Assembly (NCBI GenBank): GCA_945900455.1
Contig: CAMDJH010000003.1
Coordinates: 5,006-69,005, forward strand
Length of the DNA stretch: 64,000 nt
Direction of reading: 5' to 3'
From: Akkermansia muciniphila
GTDB taxonomy: Bacteria; Verrucomicrobiota; Verrucomicrobiia; Limisphaerales; UBA9464
Both the position numbers and the translations under genes were made by a program. Below, in pieces: positions 19,001 through 30,600 of the stretch (its first letter is position 1; each line of letters opens with the position of its first letter). The notes below the pieces were generated by a model. It had not been told where the DNA came from. It ran no database searches and saw only the letters and a list, made by a program, of their open reading frames with translations.

Positions 19001-21623
19001 GATTGAAACGATGACGGGCGCCATCCCGGACCCGGGTGGTGGGATAGCTCGTTCCCTTTTCCGGTGCGTCGCCAAAGTCTAATCGGGCCGGGTCGGAAAT
19101 CTTGACTTCATAGTCCTCGATTTCACCCGCTTCTGTACTCGATCCGAAGGATTCCACCTTGCCCTCCTGGCTGAGTCGGAAGCGCGCGAAGGTTCGGCCC
19201 GGTTTTGCCGAGAGGGGAATCGGGAATTGCCAATCCTTCAATCCCGCAGGCTGCATCCCATCGATGACATGCTCATCGGCATCCAGCCAGTCTCCGTCGC
19301 CGTTAAAATCGATCCAGGCGTCGAGTTGTCCATTGCCGATGGAACTATTGAGGGTCACGCGCACCGTCACGAGCTCGCCCGGAACGAACGGGGTCAAAAA
19401 CTGGACACCATCCTCGTCGGTCCCGTCGCCGGTCGCATCCGCATTGGGTTGGCCGTCCGGTTCGGTGTCGATCGACTTTCCCAAGACAAACTGTGGATTC
19501 ACGCGCTGGCTGGCCCCGTTGTGTGCCAAGAGAGTTGGATACGGTTGATCCGGCGCATCGCCGAAATCGAACCGGACCGGCTCGGCAATGCTGACCTGGT
19601 AATCCTCGACTTCGCCCAACTGATCGCTCGGGCCGAAGAAATCAACCGGCCCCTTCTGGCTAAGCCGAAACCGGGCAAACGTAAAGCCCGGCTTGGCATC
19701 AAGCGGTACCACCACATCAAAATCCGTCGCGCCGGGGGAGACAAACGTATCGAGTATATGCTCACCGGGGCCCGACCACTTGCCGTCCGCGTCCCAGTCC
19801 ATCCACGCGTCCAGTTTGCCGGTACCAATCGAGCTCAGGAGGTTGACGCGAATCTTCATGGTCAAACCCGGGACCAGTGCTGTGAGGAACTGGACGCCAT
19901 CCTCGTCGCTCCCGTCCCCAGTGGCATCGGCATTCGGCTGCCCGTCCGCTTCGGCATCAACCTTTCCTCCCAGGAGAAATTTCTGACTGATGATCTGGCT
20001 GGCACCGTTGTCGCCCTTCAGCGTCGGATAGGGCCTATCCGGTGAATCCCCGTAATCCCGAGTTACGGGAGCCGCCGTAATGATCAATGGGTAATCCTCA
20101 ATCTCTCCCTCCTGGTCCGAAATCCCGGCAGGGTCACCCACTCCATCGCGACTCAACCGGAAGCGCGCGAAATTGGTGCCGAGTCTTGCGACGGTTGGAA
20201 TTGGGATGAGCAATGAGTTAGTGCCCTTGAGCAGATTAAACACGAACGATTCACCCGGTTCACCCCAGACACCATTCCCATCGAAATCGATGAAGATATC
20301 CAGAACGCCCCCGGGATTAGCGTGAACGGTGTCGGTTAGAACCACTTGAGCGACGGCATCGAGTCCGGGAATGAGAAGCCCCGCAAAAGTCACGCCATCC
20401 TCGTCCGCTCCATCACCGCTGGCGACGGCATTGGGCTGGCCATCCGGTTCGCCATCGACGGTCGCCCCCAAGCTATAACCCTTGAGCACACGCTGAGCCG
20501 CGCCGTTGCTATTGCGCAATGTCGGATACGGTTTATCCGGAGCATCTCCGAAATCAAAGATGGTGGGGGCGGGATTCACCGAGACATTGATGGTCTTGGT
20601 GACAACACGGACCCCGTCGTTGATGCGCAGGGTGATTTGGGTATCTCCTGCCTGACCGGCCGCGGGAATAATGGTCAGCGTGCGCTGGCCGGATCGACCT
20701 TCCAGGATCAGTCCGGCATTCGGCAGGAGCCGACGATCTCCACTGGCGACGGTAGCTTCCAGCTTATCAACAACCGTATCCACATCGGCAATCTGGAAAA
20801 AGATCGGTCCGCTCGAACTGTCCTGCTGAATTGTCTGGTCGGCAATATCATGGATCGTCGGAGGAAATGGACCTTCCGTGGTCAGATTGGCAAACTCGGC
20901 ACTCGTCAAATCGCCCACCGCTCTCAAACCGCGGCCGACCGCCAAGCCGACAAAAGGGCCTCCCTGGCCGGGTAATCCTCCCAACCAACCCTTGGCATTG
21001 CCATCACCCAGCAGGTCCCACTGGATTCCGTCGTGCGACAAATAGGCTCCAACAACATCGCCGTGACGTTCCAGACGCAACCAAGCCTCGGGGTACTGCG
21101 GACTCGGCCCGTCGGTGGGAGGCATCAAAATATCCTTCGCACCGGCCCTCAAACGCTCCTGCAACCGCACATCGTTGTCGCCGAACAAATTGGAAGGTGT
21201 GATCCCTTCCGGAGTCGCCCGAACATAGAACATTCGACTATCGTCACTCAGGGTTTCGCGCAACATCAAACCAGCCTTAGAGCTCGGCGAACTGGGCTCA
21301 AGTGATAGGATCTGCACTCGCCAATCGAAATCGCCTGGCGTATTGAGAAAATGAAACGTGAAGTTGTCCTGGCTCCCGCCGATGTCCACCCCGCCGCCTA
21401 CCACCAAGTACGAGTTCCTGGTATTGCCTAGTGAGATTTTGCCTTGAACCCCGAATTGACCGATCTGCGTGGATCCAAAATCCTGTGCGAATACGAAGTG
21501 GGGCGCGCTCAGAAGCAGGAGCCACGTGGCACATAAACCGCGGAGCACCGTAGCGTGAAGTGCAGTTCTGGTGGCTGATCGTGTAGGTCCGACCCGCGCT
21601 TGACACATTGCGACGAAGTTCAT
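16092..21623 (-). CDS. 1,843-aa secreted protein: ConA-like module, Ig-like region, 5 tandem GEVED modules, IgGFc-binding-like region, 2 HYR-like domains
   Basis: The ATG at 21623 is followed by a signal peptide '...LLLLSAPHFVFAQD'. Five ~165-aa repeats each begin 'GDAPD.PYPT' and end 'GE(I/V)ED(Y/H)' (about 18070-20575). 'GRDFWLTFPGNYAP...DLTGTLITSDKPIGVYGSHGCA...YLVEQLLPVNRW' is IgGFc-binding-like. 'TTPPHIECPT' marks HYR-like domains (about 16300-16825). Confidence 0.85.
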   Translation of the reverse strand: MNFVAMCQARVGPTRSATRTALHATVLRGLCATWLLLLSAPHFVFAQDFGSTQIGQFGVQGKISLGNTRNSYLVVGGGVDIGGSQDNFTFHFLNTPGDFDWRVQILSLEPSSPSSKAGLMLRETLSDDSRMFYVRATPEGITPSNLFGDNDVRLQERLRAGAKDILMPPTDGPSPQYPEAWLRLERHGDVVGAYLSHDGIQWDLLGDGNAKGWLGGLPGQGGPFVGLAVGRGLRAVGDLTSAEFANLTTEGPFPPTIHDIADQTIQQDSSSGPIFFQIADVDTVVDKLEATVASGDRRLLPNAGLILEGRSGQRTLTIIPAAGQAGDTQITLRINDGVRVVTKTINVSVNPAPTIFDFGDAPDKPYPTLRNSNGAAQRVLKGYSLGATVDGEPDGQPNAVASGDGADEDGVTFAGLLIPGLDAVAQVVLTDTVHANPGGVLDIFIDFDGNGVWGEPGESFVFNLLKGTNSLLIPIPTVARLGTNFARFRLSRDGVGDPAGISDQEGEIEDYPLIITAAPVTRDYGDSPDRPYPTLKGDNGASQIISQKFLLGGKVDAEADGQPNADATGDGSDEDGVQFLTALVPGLTMKIRVNLLSSIGTGKLDAWMDWDADGKWSGPGEHILDTFVSPGATDFDVVVPLDAKPGFTFARFRLSQKGPVDFFGPSDQLGEVEDYQVSIAEPVRFDFGDAPDQPYPTLLAHNGASQRVNPQFVLGKSIDTEPDGQPNADATGDGTDEDGVQFLTPFVPGELVTVRVTLNSSIGNGQLDAWIDFNGDGDWLDADEHVIDGMQPAGLKDWQFPIPLSAKPGRTFARFRLSQEGKVESFGSSTEAGEIEDYEVKISDPARLDFGDAPEKGTSYPTTRVRDGARHRFNPDVFLGSRVDVESDGQPDSGALGDDNQPNPALKDEDGVTFLSPIKAGATALVMVTASTRGRLDAWIDFDRNGSWAEPADLIFNNLLIGSGPNTLTFQVPAAAKEGSTFARFRFSLAGVPSFDGLALSGEVEDYPVKVTAEEPFDFGDAPEDPNVVGAGGGGYPTTLARNGARHRKVTGFYLGQRVDVEPDGQPTASSGGDDFNPSGLDDEDGVRFLGALAPGHFASVEVVASAPGRLDAWVDFAQNGNWTDGADQIFNGQSLVAGTNVLTFLVPGAAHAGSTYTRFRFSSKGGLSPTGLAEDGEVEDHRVRVLQERCDLSCTGRDFWLTFPGNYAPDPANPPAPQLCVLGNPGALVTVEIPGLGFNPTTPIPPSGLLHVLLPRAADLADLNDLVTNRGVHVTATDAISVHAMDQVQFSSDGYLALPTEVLGTSYIVVGYSNVFGAVPELNGSQFALVATEDDTTVNITPSAVVGSHDAGFSYSISLNTGDVYQLVETNGSPADLTGTLITSDKPIGVYGSHGCASIRSPTTFFCDYLVEQLLPVNRWTVEYYTHSLATRSNYTVRVVAAQSNTVASVNGILVNIPDRGGFIERSVTGPARILSSQPVMVIQYANSSDADDVENADPFMVTVPGRALYTSNHVFCTAAAGFLKHFINVVSPAAAVASLRLDGVLPAVVFQPIPGTPFVCASIPVTAGRHSLTASHPVGVIVYGWNKYESYAWPACLFFGDTTPPHIECPTNEIRRELNSDVASNVASCTTPIPDLRRQATVSDNCDLGREFQVQQNPPPGTLVGVGTWLIKLTVTDARGNMGMCVVPFVVIDLNPNGPFRLDCPTQIRTQCTTNNGAFVTYPVRLLKGCTVTSNEVLCLPPSGSFFPSGTNSVICRFPLANGQSIECAFPVIVECRRVLNVQSVLGPGVITLVWDESADIRLESSTSPLGPWEGLPDVHSGQPLPLGLETSKFYRLNSFP

Positions 21624-24600
21624 GAGGTCCTCCCGTTCGGTGGATTCAACCCTTCGAGCGGCGATGGGGTGAGCCTGAGTTGCTGTTGGGAATCAAACGA
21701 ATGCAAAGGCTGTGGTCCAACCGAAAGGACGGCGGAACTATCCCAGAGCACAGCGACGGTGGGCGGCGCTGCAATAGCGCGCGTCCAGGTCATGGGCGAA
21801 ATCAAATGGAGATCCGGCCGCAACACCAGCGGGGCCAGGTCACGGCCGGCGGCAGGCACCAAAAGGGTCGAGCCGAGCCCGACATGAACAACATGGATCA
21901 CTTCGAATCCGACGTAGGTCACTGGCTGGAAACCCACGCTTGAGAACAGCGTCGGTGTCTGCACCGTAACAGCGTTCTGGGCGACATAGATCAGCTCATC
22001 GGCATTTGCATCCCCTGCTTCGACGCGCAAGGCAGTGGTCATCGACGGCGTCACGCTGACTTGATCGTCAAACCCACTGGCACGAATCTGTTCAACATTC
22101 GCGGCCGGTAAAACCTGATTGCCGTTAGAATCCGACGCGGAAGTCGAATCACCCAGGGCAATGGTCATTCCGCTCGACGCGAAACTGAAGTCCAGGCGGT
22201 CGACACCTTCACCGGCCAACTCGATGAGAGTGTCGGTCCCCCACGCACCTCGGAACATATAGACATCATCGCCCTTTCGCCCCACTAGGATATCCGATCC
22301 ATCGCCGCCTTCCAAAATGTCGTCACGGTCCGTACCGACGAGGATGTCATTGCCTCCTTCGCCGCGGAACAGAACGTTGACAGTAGCGACACCAGCGGCT
22401 GTAAAGAAGTTGTTGTTCGGGCCACCGGAAATCTCGACGCGAACAAGGTTCGTAAAGGTATCCACTCCGGAAGGGGTAAACAATTGCGTGTTCGAGAGAA
22501 TGATATTGCCATCAATCACCTCGATCAAAACATCGTCCCCCGTGCCGCCATTGATGATATCACTACCGGCACCGCCCGTAATCTGATCATCTTTCGATCC
22601 GCCCTTGAGGGTGTCATCTCCATCACCGCCAACGAGAATCACAGGCCCGAGGACGAAGCCAGAGGCGAGTAGAATGTTCGCGCTTGGGCCACCAATCAGG
22701 GTCGCGCGTTCAATCGAGACAAGCGTGTCGGTTTCCGCACCGATCGTTAGCTGGGCATTGGTGACGCTCATATCGGCATCACGCGAGGCAAAGACTCGAT
22801 CCAGCCCGCTGGCGCCACCTCTCAGGGTATCATTTCCAAGCCCACCGTCGAGTGTCACGGGTCCCAGCGAATAATTACTGGCATCCAAAACATTCGGACC
22901 AGGACCACCCGTCAGCTCCGCCCGCTCGATTTCATCCAAGCTGTCGACTTCGGAGCCAATCCTCAGACTGGCATTCTTTAAAACAAAGTCTGCGTCCGCG
23001 TGTTCAACCAACGTGTCAACGCCGTCACCGCCAATCAGCTTATCCACACCAGGACCTCCAGTAAGGCGATTGTCGAGCACGTTGCCGATGAGTGTATCGT
23101 CGAGCGAAGCGCCTATGACGTTTTCGACGACATCCCCGGCTGCGAGGATCAGCGTGAGAGCGGGTCTAGGCGGAGCGGGGAATGTCGGCCCAGGGGCAGG
23201 CGCGACGTTGAAAGCCACCACTTGCGGACTGGCGAGCCCCAAGTCAACGACGACGCCCGTCGTGCCGGTCTCCAAGAAGTCGAGGGTATCCGTGCCATCC
23301 CCTGCTCTTTCTTCAATCCGATCGACACCATAGGTATCGCCATAGACATGGACATCATCGACGTCGAATCGGTAGGTGTCGTCGCCCGGTCCTCCGGCTA
23401 GGATGTTGTCGAGCTTGTTACCCCGGAGAACATCATCCCGAGATGTTCCCACGATATTTTCGAATCGGTTTCCCAGCCCGAGTGTCAGCGTGAGGTTCGG
23501 GTTCAACACCTGCGCGAGGCCGCGCGAAAGGTCCAACTGTACTCCGAGGGTTTGGGACGCGGAGAAGTCCAGCGTGTCATTCCCGCCCGTAAGCGGCTCG
23601 CTTAACGTGTCCAAACCCAACGCAGTGTCCGTGTCGAACAAATAGAGGTCATTTCCAGATCCGCCACTGATGAAATCATTGCCGGAGCCTCCCTCTAGAC
23701 GATCCTCTCCAATGCCACCGAAAAGAAAATCGTTCCCAGCATTGCCAAGGAGCATGTCATTGCCCGCACCCGCACTGAGAAGATCGCCCCCCGATCCACC
23801 GTCGAGCAGATTATCGAGGGAGTTTCCAATCAAGATGTCGGCGCCCAAACCACCAAACACATTTTCAAAAGCGAGATTTCCGAACACCGGCAAATAGATC
23901 AGCGAGGTGAGTGTGAGGTTTAGGTTGATGTTGACGTTTTGGTTGAGACTGTTCGAGAGATCAAGACTGACCGCATTGGTGCTGCCCCGGAAATCGAGAG
24001 TGTCGATACCGCCTTCCACATCGGCCGTTTCGACGAGAATGTCCGAACCTAACGCTGCGCTGGTGTTAAATATATAAGTGTCGTCGCCACGGCGCCCGCT
24101 CAGCGTGTCGTTGCCAGGTCCCCCCGTGAGATGATTGTCGAGGGAGTTGCCCAGGAGGATGTCGTTGCCGGCCCCACTGATCACATCTTCAATCCCATCG
24201 CAGGACAACAAGTGCAGCGAGAGCCGCCCAGGCACAACGATTTGCAGATGACCGAGAGTAAGATCAACAGTCAGACTTGCGGCAGTGCTGGAGAAATCCA
24301 ATGTATCCGTCCCGCCACCACCCACCGACTCGAGAATCCGATCCGATCCCAGAGCGAAGTCTGGGTTGAACGCATAGCGATCATTCCCGTCGCCACCGGC
24401 AAGGGTGTCATCTCCGTCGAATCCTTCCAGCCGATCATTCCCGGCATTCCCAACCAGCACATTGCCAGCGGCATTGCCATAGAGACGATCGTTCAAAGCA
24501 CTGCCGAGGACATCTTCGACCGCCGTGGCGGAAGTGAGCACCAAGTTCAAATTGGAATTGATAAATTGAGGGATCGCCAAGCCAAGCCTCACGGTCACAG

Positions 24601-27600
24601 CCCGCGTTGTGGTCAGAGAAAAATCAAGGGTGTCTTCACCTGAGAACGGTCCGCCAACTTCGATGACTGTGTCCGTTCCGAGCGGTGTGTCCGTATCGAA
24701 TATATAGGTATCGCCTCGGAGTCCTCCCGCGAGCGTATCATCACCTGCCCCGCCGATCAGGCGATCTCCGTCAAAACCCCCGGTCAACACGTCGTTCCCC
24801 TCTTCACCAAACAAGCTGGCTGGATAGAAGAAGAATCCAGCATTGATATGGTTGTCACCGAGCCCGCCCGCAAGGAGCGCCCCCTCAAAGCCCACCACGA
24901 TTTCGGTCTCGGCTCCCGCGAAATTGATTATAGCCAGGCTAAGACCCAGCGACGCGAGTGTGATATCGGTGTCCCGTTGCTCAACGATCTGGTCCGCATA
25001 CACAATCATGAACGGTGGCGCTAGGATTGGCGTGTTCTCACCACCGAAGAGTTGGTCACTGCCCAGACCTCCCGTGATCGCGTCGTTGCCGAAGTTCCCT
25101 TCGATTCGGTTGACGAGAGCATTCCCGACCAAGACATCGTCGCTTTGAGTGCCTTTTAGGTTCTCGATTAATTCAGGGGGCAAGGTGAGCGACAGATTCG
25201 GGTTCAATACCTGCGTATGGGTAAACGGAAGGAGAGTTCCGTCACTCCGGAAGATATTCTCACCCAATGTCAACGTGACACCGAAAGTGTCTGTCGATGA
25301 GAAATCCAAGGTATCTGTACCACCACCGGCCAGTTCAACGATCGTGTCAGAACCCAGTGTTGTGTCGGTGTCGAACGGATAGGTATCATCGCCAGCCGCG
25401 CCGACGAGCAAATCGTCGCCGGCACCGCCGATGAGCGTATCGTTATGGGTGGTGCCAAAGAGTTGATCATTACCCGCGGCTCCATCCAGGGTGACGGTTC
25501 CGTTAAATGCAGACGCGTCCAACGTGTTATCATGATCACCGCCCGTAAGATGCGCCTCGGAGATGCTACTCGTCGTATCGGTTTCTGCAACTCCACCAAA
25601 AGGTGTAATCTGCAGTGAAAGCGGAGTTAGTTTGAAGTCACCATCCCGCTGCTCGGTCAGAATGTTGGTCCCACCGCCGCCGGTGATGGTGTCAACACCG
25701 GGTCCTCCGGTGAAGGTGTTCGTCCCTGCACCTCCGATGAGTGTGTCGTTACCCGCGCCGCCATCGAGGCGCACCAACCCACCGAAACTGGACGCATCCA
25801 AGGAATTGTCGTTTGAATCGCCCGTAAGGCTGATTTCCTCAAAGGTCGGTGTGAAGGTATCCACCTCACCCGTATCCAGTAATTTCAAGATGCCGGTGGA
25901 AAGCATCCAGTTTCCTCCTCGGATCTCAGCCAGGACGTCATAGCCAGCCGCACCATCGAGCGAGTCATCCCCCACAAAACCCCAGAGCACGTTATCGCGG
26001 GCATTTCCCGTGAGCACGTCGTTCTTGTTGGTGCCGTATAGGATCTCGATGCCGCCAGCATCCGTCAACGTCAGGAGGAGGTTTGCGTTTACGGGTTGAG
26101 CCGCGGTGAGACTCAGGTTCACAGCGACCCCCACCGTCATGGAGGTTCGGAAATCCAACAAATCCACATCCTCGTCCGTCGCGGCCGAATCGATTTCGTT
26201 GACGATGTCGTGCCCGAGCGAACCATCGGCATTGAACAGGTAACTGTCGCTACCCTTGCCTCCGATAAGTTCGTCCTTGCCGTTCTTTCCCTCGAGCGTG
26301 TCGTTACCGTCGCCACCCGCAAGGCGGTTGTCCAGATCGTTGCCCGTCAGCACATCATCCCGTCGGCCGCCCGTCGCATTTTCGATGACGTTGATGGGGA
26401 AACGCACTTGCAGCACGGGGACGTCACTCACGCCGTCGAAACGAGAGGTGACCGCCTGGAGAACTGCGCTGCCCAGATCAATGCGTGCCGATCGGCCGCT
26501 TGTCGTGGACAGATCGATGGCATCGGTGCCGCCCAAGGGTGAGCCCATCTCGTCAATCACATTCACGCTGGCATCGTGATCTCCATCGAACACATAAGTG
26601 TCATTCTCACTTCCGCCGACCAATCGGTCATTGCCCGGTCCACCCTCCAATCGATCATTGCCGCCCTCGCCAAAAATGAGATCGAATTTGGCTTTATCAA
26701 GCTGACTCGTATCGCCGGGATCGCCGGCACCGCTGATGCCACCGGACAGGATATCGTTGCCCATTCCGCCGAGCAGGACGAATTTCTCCGCCGCGGCCGG
26801 GTCATAATATCCATAGTCGCCCAGGATGACGTCGTTTCCATCCGAACCCTGGATGACGTCATCGTCCGGGGCCGGATTATCGAAAATCAGCAATACCGCT
26901 TGGGGTAGGTTGCCGTGCACATCACCGCCGGTCGGGTTTCTTAGCTGCAAGAAGACGGTCTCGTACCCTTCGGCAATCGTGTCTTGAATCACCGGCACGA
27001 CGAAACTCTGACTGAGCTCATGGAGGTCGAACCGAGCGGTGCCCTTGACCGGAACATAATCCGCCGGCAGAGCGGGCGGCGTGTGAACGCCATCACTGGC
27101 GGTACCATTGACTGTATAATAATCCCCGACACCCTGCCGCCGGTTATCCGTGTGGAGGACCGTGATGGTGGCGGCTCCATCCGATTCGCGCACACTGTAG
27201 ATAACGTGATCAAAGGAGAGATTCCACGGTTCGGGTCCCGGTGCCGGCAAGGCCACCAAGCCGGCGTCCAAATCGATATTCAGACTGCCACCGGCGACTG
27301 GCAGCAGGCTCGTGAGCCCCGTTGCCGGGTCGGCGTCACTGTCTGCCGTATCGATGCCCACATCGCGGGCCGTCAGGCGGAACCCGGTCGGCGGCAGGAA
27401 CTGCACGCGATAACTGCAGGCGGCCAGTTTCTCAAACTTGTAGTTACCATGGGTGTCGGTCCATGCCGTGCCAACCAATGTCCAGTACTGGTCGTACAGA
27501 TTGACCTGCATATCCTTGACGCCAAGCTCGCCGGCATCCTGAGTGCCGTTGGAATTGACATCGTTCCAAACGCGATCGCCCAACGTGCCCGTGGGAGGCA

Positions 27601-30600
27601 GGCTGGCGGGATTGATATACTTGTGAGCTCCGTCGACGGCAGACTGTTGGAGGATCGATCCATCATACGGAGTGCCGCTCGTGGCGCAGCCCGGACCCAG
27701 CCAATGTCCTCCGAATAGCCAGTCCTCGCCCGCCCCCCCATCGATGCGGTCGTTGCCCGGACCTCCATATACCGTGTCATTGTTGAATGCGCCGCCGTTT
27801 CCGATGGATTCCTCAGGGATATCCGGCTCTGGTTTCACTTCGAAGCCAATATCATCGACGGTGGTGACGCTGGGAGTGACCTGGAATGCGCCTCCGTTGT
27901 TGCCCGTGGACACCGAGGCGTCCGTGGGCAAATCGGAGTCGGCTTCATCAGCCGTTACAAGGATCGAACCCAGCAAGACGTTTGCAGTCCACTGGCCCGA
28001 ACCGTTGGTCGGTGCAACCCCAAGTACCGAGCCCTCCCGGTCCTGGACCGCCACGGAGATGTTCTTAAGGCGGTACTCGGTGCTACTGTCGAAGAATCCG
28101 TTGCCATTCGCATCGTAGAAAACAAAGCCGGTAATCAGCTGGCGGTCATTATCCTCGATGGTGCCTTTGCCTTCATACCGGGTGATCTCTCCGCCCACTG
28201 CGTTGCTGAGGTGCAACAATAGGTTCTCGGTCAACTCGGCAGTGACATCGTTGACCAGAGAGATCGAAACAGTCTTGGAGGCTCGCTGTGGCGTCGAGTC
28301 GCCATCCGGCACCGGGAGAAAATCCGCCGCCGAAAATGTCACGGTACCCGGCGCGGGCGCCACGAAATCCGATCCGGCATGGGCAGTGCCATTGAGAACA
28401 CTCCAGTCCACGGACACCGTCACACCCGGCGCCAGTCGTACATCATCTGGCAATTCAGCGACAATTTCAAAGGTGATCAGACCACTGGCCACACCCTCAC
28501 TCACCGTCACGTCGCCGACGCTCAGTTTGGGGAGTGGTTGAGCATCAAGAATCCGGAGGACGGCGTTGGGAACCGCTCCCCGTACGGGACCTCCCGTCGG
28601 ATTGAGCAGACTGAGGAGAATCGTTTCGGTTGGTTCAATGTCCTTATCCTGCTGCAGATGTACCGTGAACGTCTTTGCGGTCTCGCCCGACTCAAAATAC
28701 ACCCAGTGGCGGGGCGGCATAGCGCCGTGCTCCCAGATGGCGCCGGTATAGTCGGCACTGGGCGTCGCTGTACCCGCCGTGGTCCAGTAGACCCCGATGG
28801 GATTCGAACTCCCGCCCGCCCGCACCAGGGTGATCTCCAGATCGTCCCCTTCGGTCCCTTGATAAACAACGTTGCTAAACTGGACGTACCACGGCCCGGG
28901 ATCGGGCACCTCATCATCCTGAATCTGTATCACCGCATGGTTGAGATTGGAGTCGTCCGAATCCAACTGACCGTTCGTAGCGGTGAGCAGATTGACAAAG
29001 AAATACTCCCAGACACCTTGCACTGGATCGAACGGCTCGAACCGGGTGTCTCCGTTGATGTTGACCGTGATTGGCTTCGACATTTCAGTCGGCTTGAAGA
29101 CGACGTTCGCGAAAGCGTACTCCGCGTCGGCATCCAGCGGGTTCGGCGCAGAGAGAGTTGCGGTGCCGGGAGAGGTGTTCCAACTCACCACGACCGGTCG
29201 GCCGCTGGCGATCGGTGCATTGGTGACGCCATCGATCAAAGTGAGGGTCAAGCCAACCGGTTTTTTTCCAGCGTGTCCCTCGATCACGGGCAACGCGGGC
29301 CCGGTAATCCTCACAAACGGTGTCGCATCATCGTCGGCAATCCGTCCAATGGCCTCCCCGTCGCCGAGTACCGCGCGGTTGCTCGGTGTGCCCGAGTTGA
29401 TCGCGACACGCATGCTCATTTGCTCGTCGTACTCATCCAGCAAGTCCGGCTTCGGCTGAACAACCAGCGTCAGGCTTGTCTGGTTGGGCAGGAAGGTCAC
29501 CGAACCCGGCAACGGTGTGATGTAGTCGACCCCTTGAGTCGCCGCATCGAATACCAAGACTCCATCGCTGCCCACCACCTGTTCCGAACGATAGTCCACC
29601 GTGATCGAGAATTTGCTGGGCCGCGACAAAGTCACCTCAAAGGTCAGATCCGTGACCTCCGTTACAGGGCCGAAGCCAGGGATTTGGACGGCATTGTTGA
29701 TATTAATCACCGGAGCGTCATCGTCATCAATGATTGTTCCGACGCCGATCGTATGAGCAGGGTCCAGGGCGACCGTGATTGCCGGATGAATTTCCGCTAT
29801 GTTGGGATCGCAGAGCGTGACGTTGAATTGCTCGACATCGCCCTCATCAATGCCGTCCCCATGAATTGCCACTAAGACAGTCTTGGTGATCTCACCCGGC
29901 TTGAACGTCAGTGTCGAATCAACACTGCCGTAATCCAAGATACGGTTCGCCGTCCCATCGGCACTCTTGTAACAAACCGTCACGGTCTGACTGAGCGGGT
30001 TGGTCAGGGTCACCGTGAACATGAGGTTCTGGGTGCCGGTGTCGCCCTCGACAAGGGACGGATTGTCGATGGCGAGCAATGCCGTGGTGCCTCGGTAACC
30101 AACGGCCCACGTATCGGTCGAATCACCCGCATCGACGTGGATCGATCCCGTCTTGCCTGTGGCATCGGCGTCGTTGTCGATCGTGTCATCACTTCCAATA
30201 TCGACTGCCACCACCGCTAATCCTGCGGGTGTCTGGAACTTCAGATAATAATCCCCGCCCTCAAGCCCCACAAACCGGAATGTGCCGTCCGGACCCGTTG
30301 CCGAAGTCCCGATCAAGGTCGTATCCGCTTTATGCAACTCCACAGTCACGGCGGCAACCCCGCGTTCGGTCGGATCACGAACATCATTCCGAATCCCATG
30401 CTCGTCGTTCACATCGAACCAGGCTAGGCCCTTGATGGTTGACCCGGGGAAGGTCGTGGCCTGGCCGCCGTGAGCGTCGTCCGCAAATATTATGTCCGCG
30501 CCATCGCCCCCATCGATGAAGTCGATGCCGTCGGGTTCGACATTCGTAAGCACCCCGCTAACCAGAAGTGTGCCGCCGAATACCTTGTCGTTTCCGCCCG

